Below, piece by piece: positions 36,549-45,418 of a stretch of DNA of 52,412 nt (positions are counted from its first letter, which is position 1; the number at the start of each line of letters is the position of its first letter). Below the pieces are notes generated by a model. It saw nothing but the letters and a program-made list of their open reading frames with translations, searched no databases and was not told the DNA's origin. The position numbers and the translations under genes are program-made. This DNA is from Candidatus Nanopelagicales bacterium (lineage in GTDB: Bacteria > Actinomycetota > Actinomycetes > S36-B12). Location of the stretch: NCBI GenBank assembly GCA_023263845.1, contig JALQUH010000131.1, positions 1 through 52,412 of the forward strand. The letters run 5' to 3'.

Positions 36549-37712
36549 ATGGACTTCGCTGTCCCCTCCGAACTCAGCGCTCTGCGTGCGTCCTTCGCGA
36601 CCTTCCTTGACCGCGAGGTGCGCCCCCTGCAGGAACGTTGGTCCACCGAAGATGGCACCGAGCCCGCACTGCGCGAGATGGTGGACGAGGTCCGGCGCCT
36701 CAGTGCGGCTGCCGGGTTCTACGCGCCCTACCTGCCGGAGGCGGTGGGTGGCCAAGACCTCAGCGTCCTGGGCACCACATTGCTGGTGGAGGACGCGGCA
36801 GCAACCGGCATGCGCCTGGCGATGACAGCGGTCGCACCGCCCAACCCGGCGGGTCCGTCCACACTGCTCCTCAAGCTCCCCGAGCATCTATGGTCCGAAT
36901 ACCTCATCCCCGTCGCCAACGCCGAGCGCACGATGTGCTTCGCCCTCACCGAACCCGAGGCCGGCAGTGACGCACAGGCGATTCGCACCCGCGCCGTGCG
37001 CGACGGCGACTCCTGGGTCATCAACGGGCACAAGCACTACATCACCAACGGTGCCGACGCCGACTTCGCACTCGTCTTCGCCCTCACCGATCCGGAGAAG
37101 CGTGCCGCGGGCGGCATCACCGCGTTCGTCGTCCCTCGCGATCAGTACCGCGTGGGCAAGACGCAGTACAACATCTCCGACTCACATCCGGCAGAACTCT
37201 TCTTCGATGACGCACGGGTGCCCGCTGACCACGTCGTCGGCACTGAGGGGATGGGCTTCCTGGAGGCGATGGCGTTCTTGAACGCCGGCCGCGCGTACAT
37301 CGGGGCACAGTCCCTCGGGCTGGCGGAGTTTGCGCTCAACTCTGCGGTCGCCCACGTCCAGGCGCGCACAGCGTTCGGCAAGCCTCTGGCGAAATTCCAG
37401 GGAGTGTCCTTCCCTCTCGCGCGGAGCAAGGCCGACATCGAAGCGATTCGATGGCTCGTCTACCACCTCGCCTGGCGCGTGGACACCGAAGGCGATCCCC
37501 TAGCGATCATGGGCGACGCATCGATCGTGAAGTACTCCGCGACCGAGCATGCCTACGAGGTCGCCGACCGCGCAGTGCAGGCGATGGGTGGCATGGGCCT
37601 CATGCGCGAGGGCCCGGTCGAACGCATCTTGCGCCACCTGCGGATGCTGCGCGTGGTCGAAGGGGCGAGTGAGGTGCAACTCCTGGTCATCGCCCGCACG
37701 CTCGGGCTCTAA
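36549..37712 (+). CDS. acyl-CoA dehydrogenase
   Basis: 387 aa with the three-domain ACAD pattern (CFALTEPEAGSD, ITNG, C-terminal ...EGASEVQ). Confidence 0.9.
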   Translation: MDFAVPSELSALRASFATFLDREVRPLQERWSTEDGTEPALREMVDEVRRLSAAAGFYAPYLPEAVGGQDLSVLGTTLLVEDAAATGMRLAMTAVAPPNPAGPSTLLLKLPEHLWSEYLIPVANAERTMCFALTEPEAGSDAQAIRTRAVRDGDSWVINGHKHYITNGADADFALVFALTDPEKRAAGGITAFVVPRDQYRVGKTQYNISDSHPAELFFDDARVPADHVVGTEGMGFLEAMAFLNAGRAYIGAQSLGLAEFALNSAVAHVQARTAFGKPLAKFQGVSFPLARSKADIEAIRWLVYHLAWRVDTEGDPLAIMGDASIVKYSATEHAYEVADRAVQAMGGMGLMREGPVERILRHLRMLRVVEGASEVQLLVIARTLGL

Positions 37713-37721
37713 GCCGACCGA

Positions 37722-38264
37722 TCACGTGTTTCGGGGGACGTCCATATCCTCCCCCGAAGCGACGTCGCCTACCTCGATGATCTGCAGTTCCGCCTTGTGC
37801 TCGCGCACATATTCGCGCGCACCCACGTCGCCCCGGGCGCGCTCGGCAACTCCCGTCCAGTGCTCGCGAGCAAAAAGCACAGGATGTCCGCGCTCGCCGT
37901 CATATGCCGCTGCCGCGAGTTCGGCGCCAGACTCCACAAGACGGCGTACGGCGGCTGGCGTCAGTCCCGGCAGATCGACCAGCGTGACCACCGCCGCATC
38001 AGCGTCGGTATCGGCCAGGGCTCGCAGCGCAACCCGCAATGACGAACCCATGCCGTCGCGCCAGTCGTCATTGATCAGCACCTCGGCGTTCGGCACGTCC
38101 CCGATCCACGCACCGAGCACGGCGAAGACCTCATCGCAGCCACCCTCACGAAGGGTGCGGACCGCCCGATCGACCAGACGCTCGCCGTCCACCATCACCG
38201 GCGCCTTGGGACCACCGAAGCGACGCCCCTCTCCGGCGGCGAGAACGACCCCGGCGATTGTCAG
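37722..38264 (-). CDS. MobA/MocA-like nucleotidyltransferase (molybdenum cofactor cytidylyl/guanylyl-transferase family); start codon non-canonical or unresolved
   Basis: The track ORF starts at GTG 38198. The same frame is open upstream and encodes the family's N-terminal nucleotide-binding motif TIAGVVLAAGEGRRFGGPKAP. No in-frame ATG, GTG or TTG exists between an upstream TGA (~38471) and 38198. The candidate start is CTG 38264, which overlaps the XdhC stop (CTGA). Confidence 0.6.
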   Translation of the reverse strand: MTIAGVVLAAGEGRRFGGPKAPVMVDGERLVDRAVRTLREGGCDEVFAVLGAWIGDVPNAEVLINDDWRDGMGSSLRVALRALADTDADAAVVTLVDLPGLTPAAVRRLVESGAELAAAAYDGERGHPVLFAREHWTGVAERARGDVGAREYVREHKAELQIIEVGDVASGEDMDVPRNT

Positions 38265-39373
38265 CGTGGGGCTCCCGGATGGATCGGCCCAGCCGTCGCG
38301 GCGAGGTGAGCACCCGACCCACCCCAGCGACCCTGGACGATCTCCGCGGCGATGGAGATCGCGGTCTCCTCTGGAGTGCGCGCGCCGAGATCGAGACCAA
38401 TCGGCGAACGCAGTCGCGCTAACTCCTCCTCGGTCATGCCCACCTCGCGAAGCCGCTCGAGACGATCCTCATGGGTACGACGTGAGCCCATAGCGCCGAC
38501 GTAGCCGGCATCGGTGCGCAGGGCAATCTGCAGGGCGGGGACGTCGAACTTCGGATCGTGTGTCAGCACACAGATGGCCGTGCGGGAATCGACCGGCTGT
38601 CCGGCAAGCCAGCGGTGCGGCCAGTCGACCACGACCTCGTCCGCCTCGGGAAAGCGGCGCGGCGTCGCGAAGATCTCGCGCGCGTCACACACTGTGACCC
38701 GGAAGCCGAGGAGTTTGCCGACGCGGCACAGCGCGGCCGAGAAGTCGATGGCGCCGAAGATGTACATCCGCGGTGGCGGGGCCAGACTGCCGACGAAGAT
38801 CTCCAGACCGTCACCGAGTCGCTCACCTTCGGGGCCGTAACGCAGGAATCCGGTCGTGCCGGATTCGAGCATCCCGCGGACATCGGCGGAGACCGTGTCA
38901 TCGAGTCGCTCCGTTCCCAGGGATCCTTGCACCGAGTCCGGTCGCACGACGAGATGTCGGCCCAGCGCCGACTCACCCGGCGCGCGCACGATCGTGGCGA
39001 CCGCCACCGGCTCCTCGCGTTCCACACTCGCCACGATGCCGGGCAGTTCTGGCCATGTCTGCGGAGAGACCTGCTCGACGAACACGTCGAGGATCCCACC
39101 ACAGGTCAGTCCCACCGCGAAGGCATCGTCATCGCTCACGCCATAGGTCTCCAGACGCGTCGGGCCTCCGGCCAGCACTTCCTGGCCCACGTCGTAGAGC
39201 GCACCCTCGACGCAGCCACCGCTCACCGAGCCAACCGCCTCGCCCCCCTGCGTGACGATCATCGAGGCGCCAGCCGGTCGCGGCGCAGAGCGCCACGTGC
39301 GCACCACGGTGGCCATGGCGACGGGCTCATCGGCCTCGTACGCGGCCATGATGTCGGCCAGGATTTCGCGCAT
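38261..39373 (-). CDS. XdhC/CoxI-family Mo-hydroxylase maturation protein
   Basis: 370 aa with an N-terminal XdhC_CoxI domain (MATVVRTWRSAPRPAGASMIV) and a Rossmann-like XdhC_C domain (MYIFGAIDF). GAAGGGA ahead of the ATG. Confidence 0.85.
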   Translation of the reverse strand: MREILADIMAAYEADEPVAMATVVRTWRSAPRPAGASMIVTQGGEAVGSVSGGCVEGALYDVGQEVLAGGPTRLETYGVSDDDAFAVGLTCGGILDVFVEQVSPQTWPELPGIVASVEREEPVAVATIVRAPGESALGRHLVVRPDSVQGSLGTERLDDTVSADVRGMLESGTTGFLRYGPEGERLGDGLEIFVGSLAPPPRMYIFGAIDFSAALCRVGKLLGFRVTVCDAREIFATPRRFPEADEVVVDWPHRWLAGQPVDSRTAICVLTHDPKFDVPALQIALRTDAGYVGAMGSRRTHEDRLERLREVGMTEEELARLRSPIGLDLGARTPEETAISIAAEIVQGRWGGSGAHLAATAGPIHPGAPR

Positions 39374-39449
39374 CGGTGATCCCTTCGGCTCTACCCCGGA
39401 TTATGGATCCAGTGTGGCGCGACGGTACGCCGCCCCCAATAATGGCCGA

Positions 39450-39890
39450 ATGACGGCAACTGGCGAGTCGACTCGGGTCCGAGTGGCCAATGTCGTCAGC
39501 GATCCCATCGATGCCCTCGTGCTAGCCGAGCACGTGGACGACCCGGCGGCCGGGGCGGTCGTGACCTTCTCCGGCGACGTCCGTGACCACGACCATGGAC
39601 GCACCGTGCTCCGTCTCGACTATGAGGCACACCCCACGGCAGCGGACCTCCTCGCGGAGGTGGCCGCGGACGTCGCGGCGCGCTTCGACGTCATTGCGGT
39701 CGCCGTCGTCCACCGTGTGGGTCCGCTGGAGATCGGTGACTGTGCGCTGGCCGCCGCCGCGAGTGCCGCGCACCGCGGAGACGCATTCGCCGCGTGCCAG
39801 GCACTCGTGGACGAGACGAAAGCCCGGATTCCGGTGTGGAAGCACCAGTACTTCGCCGACGGCACGGACGAGTGGGTGAATTGCGCATGA
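39450..39890 (+). CDS. moaE: molybdopterin synthase catalytic subunit
   Basis: 146 aa with AGAVVTFSGDVRDH...RIPVWKHQYF. The stop overlaps the moaA start (ATGA). The track ORF is over-extended to 39252. Confidence 0.88.
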   Translation: MTATGESTRVRVANVVSDPIDALVLAEHVDDPAAGAVVTFSGDVRDHDHGRTVLRLDYEAHPTAADLLAEVAADVAARFDVIAVAVVHRVGPLEIGDCALAAAASAAHRGDAFAACQALVDETKARIPVWKHQYFADGTDEWVNCA

Positions 39891-40903
39891 GCCACGACAA
39901 TCCGACCTCGCTCGTCGACGGCTTTGGCCGGGGACATCGCGACATGCGCGTCTCCCTCACCGACCGATGCTCCCTGCGGTGCACCTACTGCATGCCGGCT
40001 GACTTCGCCGACTGGATCCCCAGCGCCGAACTCCTCACCACTGACGAACTCATGACGATCCTGGAGATTGCCACCGAGGATGGCATCGACGAGGTGCGGT
40101 TGACCGGCGGTGAGCCCCTGCTGCGCCCGGACGTTGTGGATGTTGTCGAGCGGATCGCTGCGCTGCCCAAGGCCCCCAAACTCTCAATCACGACCAACGC
40201 ACTGCGACTCGCGGCGCAGGCGGCCCACCTGCGCGATGCCGGGCTCGAACGCGTCAACGTCAGCCTGGACACGCTCGACCGCGAACGCTTCAAGAAGCTC
40301 ACGCATCGCGACCGCCTGGACGACGTACTCGCCGGGCTCGCCGCAGCGCAGGCCGCCGGTCTGGCGCCGGTCAAGGTCAACACCGTGCTCATGCCCGGTA
40401 TCAACGACGACGAAGCGATTCCCATGCTGCGCCGGGCCCTCGATGAGGGTTGGCAGTTGCGGTTCATCGAGCAGATGCCCCTCGATGCCGGCGGTTTGTG
40501 GGCCCGCGATCGCATGATCACCGCCGAGGACATCCTGGCGATGCTGTCGGAGGAGTTCGACCTGCAGCCGCTTGAACAACGCGGAACCGCCCCGGCAGAG
40601 GAGTTCCGGGTCAACGGTGGCCCCGCCACGGTGGGAATCATCGCCAGTGTGACGCGACCGTTCTGCGGCACCTGCGATCGACTGCGCATCACCGCGGATG
40701 GGCAGCTGCGCAACTGCCTCTTCGCGCGGGATGAGACCGACCTGCGCGCGGTTCTGCGCGACGACCACCTCGACGAGGCTGCTCGACGAGCAGAGATCCG
40801 GCGTCGGCTGCACGCCAGCGTCGCCGCCAAGCTGCCCGGTCACGGCATCAACGATCCGACGTTCATCCAGCCGCCGCGGCCGATGAGCGCGATCGGCGGC
40901 TAG
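39887..40903 (+). CDS. moaA: GTP 3',8-cyclase (radical SAM)
   Basis: Radical-SAM cluster CSLRCTYCMP, LTGGEPL, the C-terminal cluster Cys residues FCGTCDRLR, and a terminal GG. Confidence 0.92.
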   Translation: MSHDNPTSLVDGFGRGHRDMRVSLTDRCSLRCTYCMPADFADWIPSAELLTTDELMTILEIATEDGIDEVRLTGGEPLLRPDVVDVVERIAALPKAPKLSITTNALRLAAQAAHLRDAGLERVNVSLDTLDRERFKKLTHRDRLDDVLAGLAAAQAAGLAPVKVNTVLMPGINDDEAIPMLRRALDEGWQLRFIEQMPLDAGGLWARDRMITAEDILAMLSEEFDLQPLEQRGTAPAEEFRVNGGPATVGIIASVTRPFCGTCDRLRITADGQLRNCLFARDETDLRAVLRDDHLDEAARRAEIRRRLHASVAAKLPGHGINDPTFIQPPRPMSAIGG

Positions 40904-41154
40904 CCGCCGGCGAACGGCGGGAGTACGTCGACGCGCCCGCCGGCAGGCACGACTACGTCGTCCTCGGTGGCCGCGAGACCATCGACGAGGGTCGAGCACC
41001 GCGGTAGGACCGCCTCCAGCCCAGGATGCATCTGCACCGCCCGAGCCAGGACATCGGCCAGGGACCCGGCCCCCACCGCAACCACATCCACCCCGGCCGC
41101 TGCCCGAGCGGCAGCGAACAGATGCACCTCGACCGGTCGCGAATCACCCACCAT
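40900..41154 (-). CDS. moaD: MoaD/ThiS-family sulfur carrier
   Basis: 84 aa ending ...VDVLPPFAGG. The N-terminal extension in the track ORF is implausible because it overlaps the coxG-like promoter region. Confidence 0.75.
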   Translation of the reverse strand: MVGDSRPVEVHLFAAARAAAGVDVVAVGAGSLADVLARAVQMHPGLEAVLPRCSTLVDGLAATEDDVVVPAGGRVDVLPPFAGG

Positions 41155-41215
41155 GGGACTAGTGTCGTGGGTAATCGCACGGCCGCCAACCTCAGTCCGC
41201 CTCGGGAGCGTCACC

Positions 41216-41857
41216 ATGGACCTACAGAACTCCTTCGTCGTACCGACGGGTATCGACAAGGCCTGGACGACCCTGCTCGACCTGCGCAAGGTCGCCCCGT
41301 GCCTGCCGGGAGCAACACTGGACGACGTCGAGGGCGACACGTTCACCGGGACCGTCAAGGTCAAGCTCGGCCCGGTCAACATGACCTACGGCGGCAAGGC
41401 CCGCTTTGTCGAGGTGGACGAGACCGCCCACAAGGCCGTCATCGAGGGCAACGGCAAAGAGACCCGGGGATCAGGCACCGCTTCGGCCCTGATCACTGCC
41501 CAGATGATTTCCGAGGGCGCTGACCGTACCCGTGTCGAGGTCAACACCGACCTGTCCATCACGGGCAAGCCTGCGCAATTCGGCCGCGGGGTCATGCAGG
41601 ACGTCGCGACGCGACTGATCGACCAATTCGCCGACAACCTCGAGGCCCTCATCGCCGCCGATGCCGTGCCGGCTGCCCAACCCGCGGACGGCACTCCTAC
41701 CGAGCCCGCCGCCGCCCCGGTCCTGCCGCACTCCGCGGACAGCATCGACTTGCTCGGCACCGCCGGAGCGCCCGTACTCAAGCGCGCGATTCCCGTCGTG
41801 CTCGGCGTCATCGCCCTCGTGGGCATCATCTGGCTCATTGCCCGGCGACGGAACTAA
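41216..41857 (+). CDS. CoxG-like SRPBCC protein with a C-terminal membrane anchor
   Basis: MDLQNSFVVPTGIDKAWTTLLDLRKVAPCLPGA... (CoxG family pattern), then a Pro/Ala linker and the TM helix AIPVVLGVIALVGIIWLIARRRN. Confidence 0.8.
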   Translation: MDLQNSFVVPTGIDKAWTTLLDLRKVAPCLPGATLDDVEGDTFTGTVKVKLGPVNMTYGGKARFVEVDETAHKAVIEGNGKETRGSGTASALITAQMISEGADRTRVEVNTDLSITGKPAQFGRGVMQDVATRLIDQFADNLEALIAADAVPAAQPADGTPTEPAAAPVLPHSADSIDLLGTAGAPVLKRAIPVVLGVIALVGIIWLIARRRN

Positions 41858-41867
41858 GGCCACGACG

Positions 41868-42770
41868 ATGAGCCCGGCGAGTTGGCGCGAGCGCGTCGAA
41901 CGCTTGCAAAGTGAGCGGGTGCCCTACGTGCATGCGCGCGTTGTGCTGGCTGAACGCCCCACATCCGCCAAGCCCGGCGACGAAGCCATCGTTCTTGCCG
42001 ATGGAACCGTCGAAGGCTTCGTTGGTGGGCAATGTGCACTCGCGACCCTGCGGGCCCAAGGCCTCGCCGTCCTCGAACGTCGCGAGAGCACCCTGGTGCG
42101 TATTGCCCCCAACCCCGAGCCCGATCAACCCGGACGCGTGGTGGTCCACAATCCCTGCCAGTCCGGCGGAACCCTGGAGATTTTCATGGAGGCTGTCCTA
42201 CCCGCCCCGCTCGTCCGGGTCCTCGGCACCACCCCGATCGCGGTCGCCCTCGCCGAGGTCGGCACCGCCCTCGGGTACGACGTCTTCCCCTACGACGACA
42301 ACGGCGGCGGATCCATCCCCGACCTCGCGACGACCGATGCTGTCGTCATCGCCTCGCACGGCAACGGAGAGGAGGCGGTCCTCGAGCAGGCGCTGCGCAG
42401 CGGCGTCCCTTACGTGGGCCTGGTCGCAAGTCGCAAGCGCGGCGCCGCCGTACTCGGATCCCTCGACCTCACCGACGACGAGCGTGCGGCCGTCCACACA
42501 CCGGCCGGCCTCGACATCGGCGCACGCACGCCACAGGAGGTCGCTCTGTCGATCCTCGCCGAGATCGTCGCCAACCGCGGCACCACCGCGCGGTCCTCGA
42601 GCAGCAGCCCCGCCGCGGTAGAGAAGGCGATCGACCCCATCTGTCACATGGAAGTCGTCATGGTGCCCAGCTCCCTGCACGCGGAAGTCGACGGCCGCAC
42701 CTGGTGGTTCTGCTGCCAGGGCTGCCTTGACAAGTTCGTCGCCGATCCGGCGGCATACGCCGGCGCGTGA
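41868..42770 (+). CDS. XdhC/CoxF-like maturation protein fused to a C-terminal YHS (TRASH-type metal-binding) domain
   Basis: XdhC N- and C-domains (YVHARVVLAERPTSAKPGDEAIV..., LVRVLGTTPIAVAL...). The last ~45 aa, DPICHMEV...DGRTWWFCCQGCLDKFVADPAAY, match the YHS pattern DPvCgM.V....y.G..yyFCs..C...F...P..Y. Confidence 0.8.
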   Translation: MSPASWRERVERLQSERVPYVHARVVLAERPTSAKPGDEAIVLADGTVEGFVGGQCALATLRAQGLAVLERRESTLVRIAPNPEPDQPGRVVVHNPCQSGGTLEIFMEAVLPAPLVRVLGTTPIAVALAEVGTALGYDVFPYDDNGGGSIPDLATTDAVVIASHGNGEEAVLEQALRSGVPYVGLVASRKRGAAVLGSLDLTDDERAAVHTPAGLDIGARTPQEVALSILAEIVANRGTTARSSSSSPAAVEKAIDPICHMEVVMVPSSLHAEVDGRTWWFCCQGCLDKFVADPAAYAGA

Positions 42771-43696
42771 CCATGGCGGAGGCGACGTCCACCGGTGATG
42801 CGATGTCCACTGATGCAGTGGCCGATCTCGTCCCCGACATTGCGGCGCTGAGCAACCGTCTCGCCGCGACGGGCTACCTCGCAGAACCGGGCCTTGCCAC
42901 GGCGCTGTTCTGCGCCGTGCGCCTGCCCCAGCCACTGCTGCTCGAAGGAGAGGCCGGCGTCGGCAAGACCCAGGCCGCGAAGGCGCTCGCGGAGATCCTC
43001 GACACTCCGCTCATCCGCCTGCAATGCTTCGAGGGCATCGACGCCAGCGAGGCGCTCTACGAGTGGAACTATCCGCGCCAACTCCTCGGCATTCGGGTCG
43101 CGGAGTCGCAGGGAGAGTCGGTGGCCGAGGAGTCGCTGTTCAGCCGGGACTACCTCATCGAGCGCCCGCTCCTGCAGGCGATCGAGCACCATGGGCCTCG
43201 CCCGGCCGTGCTTCTCATTGACGAGGTTGATCGGGCCGATGAGGAGTTCGAGGCCTTCCTGTTCGAACTGCTTGCCGAGTCCTCAGTGACCATCCCGGAG
43301 ATCGGAACCCTGCACGCAAGGCGTAAGCCAATCGTCCTCCTCACCTCCAACCGCACCCGCGATCTGCACGATGCGCTCAAGCGTCGCTGCCTCTATCACT
43401 GGATCGACTACCCGTCACTGGAGCACGCCACGCAGATCGTCCGCGCCCGCGTACCAGAGGCGGAGGCTGCGCTCGTCGAAGACATCGCCGCGGCGGTCTC
43501 GCGCCTGCGCAGCCTTGATCTGCAAAAGCCCCCCGGCATCGCCGAGGCGATCGACTGGGTGAGCGCCGCCATCCTTCTCGGCGTGCATCGGGTTGACGTC
43601 GACGCCGTGTCACGCACGCTGGGCTCAGTACTGAAGTACCGCGAGGACCACGCCGTGGCACAGGAAGCCGGGCTCGCCTGGGTCGCCGGTGTCTGA
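42767..43696 (+). CDS. MoxR-type AAA+ ATPase (CoxD-like)
   Basis: Walker A LLLEGEAGVGKTQ, Walker B LLIDEVDRADEE. GTGA overlap with the upstream gene. Confidence 0.88.
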   Translation: MTMAEATSTGDAMSTDAVADLVPDIAALSNRLAATGYLAEPGLATALFCAVRLPQPLLLEGEAGVGKTQAAKALAEILDTPLIRLQCFEGIDASEALYEWNYPRQLLGIRVAESQGESVAEESLFSRDYLIERPLLQAIEHHGPRPAVLLIDEVDRADEEFEAFLFELLAESSVTIPEIGTLHARRKPIVLLTSNRTRDLHDALKRRCLYHWIDYPSLEHATQIVRARVPEAEAALVEDIAAAVSRLRSLDLQKPPGIAEAIDWVSAAILLGVHRVDVDAVSRTLGSVLKYREDHAVAQEAGLAWVAGV

Positions 43697-44885
43697 CGCG
43701 TCGACGCAGGCACGCGCCGATCTCGCGGCAGTGGCGGCGGCTTTTGGTGATCGGCTCCATGCGGCTGGAGTACCCGTAACTCCGGAGCGTAGTGCGCGAT
43801 TCGCTGCCTCCGTCCTCCTCTCCGAACCGACCACCATGAGTGATGCGTACTGGCTCGGCCGCGTGACGCTGCTCAGCAGCCAGGCACAGATTCCGGTGTA
43901 CGACGTGGTCTTTGACGAGTCCTTCCACGGCTACCTTGATCTCACGGATCCGAACGCCGAGACGATTGCCCCTGCACCCAGTCGAGCGACGCCGTCCGAT
44001 GAAACCCTCGGCTCTGAGCAATCGGCCGGTCGCGAGACCGACAGCGTCGCCCCGGTCACCTCGGCGACGCCTGGCTCTGGCGCGGCGGGGGACTCCGACG
44101 ACGACACATCGGTCCTCGCCGCCGCGAGTTCATCGGAGGTCCTCGGGCACCGCGACTTCTCCGAATGTTCGCCGGAGGAACTCGCTCTCTTGCGACGCCT
44201 GGTGGAGGAGCTTCCCCTCATTCCGCCGTCACGACGTGCCCGACGCAGCCATCGCCATTCGGCCGGGCGTCGATTGGACGTTCGCGCCACGCTGCGGCGA
44301 GCCCACCGCACCGGGGGTGATCCGGTTCGGCGTATCCATCGGCGACGTACCGAACGCCCACGCCGAGTCGTCCTCATCGCTGACGTCTCCGGCTCGATGG
44401 AGCCCTATGCCCGGGTCTACCTGCACCTCATGCGCGGTGCCGTCCGCGCCCTGGGTGCCGAATCCTTTGTCTTCGCCACCCGGCTCACCCGCCTGACGCG
44501 CCAACTCGCACAAGGGGGCCCCGACTACGCCTATGCGAAGGTCTCCGAGGCCACACCTGACTGGTCCGGCGGCACCCGCATAGGCGCGGCGCTGACCCGA
44601 TTCCTCGACGAGCACGGACGCCGCGGCATCGCTCGGGGTGCGGTCGTCGTCGTCGTCTCCGACGGCTGGGAGATCGGGGATCCGGTGGAGGTCGGTCGAG
44701 CGATGGAGCGACTCTCGCGACTGGCCCACCACATCATCTGGGTCAACCCGCGCAGCGCCGCCCGTGATTTCAAGCCGTTGGCCGGGGGCATGGCCGCGGC
44801 CCTTCCGTACGTCGACACCTTCCTCAGCGGTCACTCGGTCGATGCGTTGAAAGAATTGCTCGACGCGATTCGTGCGGCAGGATGA
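43689..44885 (+). CDS. VWA-domain protein (CoxE-like)
   Basis: 398 aa with the MIDAS motif LIADVSGSM and a C-terminal VWA_CoxE-like region (VVVVSDGWE...). It overlaps the MoxR gene by 8 nt. Confidence 0.85.
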   Translation: MSDASTQARADLAAVAAAFGDRLHAAGVPVTPERSARFAASVLLSEPTTMSDAYWLGRVTLLSSQAQIPVYDVVFDESFHGYLDLTDPNAETIAPAPSRATPSDETLGSEQSAGRETDSVAPVTSATPGSGAAGDSDDDTSVLAAASSSEVLGHRDFSECSPEELALLRRLVEELPLIPPSRRARRSHRHSAGRRLDVRATLRRAHRTGGDPVRRIHRRRTERPRRVVLIADVSGSMEPYARVYLHLMRGAVRALGAESFVFATRLTRLTRQLAQGGPDYAYAKVSEATPDWSGGTRIGAALTRFLDEHGRRGIARGAVVVVVSDGWEIGDPVEVGRAMERLSRLAHHIIWVNPRSAARDFKPLAGGMAAALPYVDTFLSGHSVDALKELLDAIRAAG

Positions 44886-44889
44886 GGCC

Positions 44890-45387
44890 ATGGCTCACCG
44901 CTGCCTCGTCATCACCATTTCCACCCGGGCCGCCGGTGGCATCTGGGAGGACCGGTCCGGACCCGTACTCGTCGAAGGATTGCGGGCCCTTGGTCATGAG
45001 GTCGGTGACCCCGTCGTCGTACCCGACGGGGAACAGGTCGTGACCGCGCTGCGCGCCGGCGTCGACGAGGGATTCGACCTGATCCTCACCACGGGCGGCA
45101 CCGGCATGACGCCTACGGACCAGACGCCCGAGATGACCATGCGCGTCATCGACCGGCCCGCTCCGGGGTTGGCCGAGGCAATCCGCGCGCACGGTGTCGC
45201 CCACGGCGTGCCCACCGCGGTACTCAGCCGTGGGGTGGCCGGACTTGCGGAGCGCACCGTGATCGTCAACCTGCCCGGTTCGCCGGGAGGCGCTCGCGAT
45301 GGCCTTGCCATCCTGGGCCCTCTGCTGCCCCACATGCTCGATCAGGTAAGCGGTGGCGACCATCAGCGCCCCGCGACCGGTGACTAG
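44890..45387 (+). CDS. mog: MogA/MoaB-family molybdopterin adenylyltransferase
   Basis: LILTTGGTGMTPTD and NLPGSPGGA motifs. ATG 44890 has GAGG 4 nt upstream; the alternative start is ATG 44872. Confidence 0.85.
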   Translation: MAHRCLVITISTRAAGGIWEDRSGPVLVEGLRALGHEVGDPVVVPDGEQVVTALRAGVDEGFDLILTTGGTGMTPTDQTPEMTMRVIDRPAPGLAEAIRAHGVAHGVPTAVLSRGVAGLAERTVIVNLPGSPGGARDGLAILGPLLPHMLDQVSGGDHQRPATGD

Positions 45388-45418
45388 GCGCCACACGGGC
45401 GACGACTACCCTGTCCTC

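Noticed and set aside
42767-44885. The MoxR AAA+ and VWA pair, considered as an independent stress or defence-type module.
   Set aside because: The pair is translationally coupled to the CoxG-like and XdhC-like genes and embedded among moa/mog genes. The CoxD/CoxE-type maturation role explains it.
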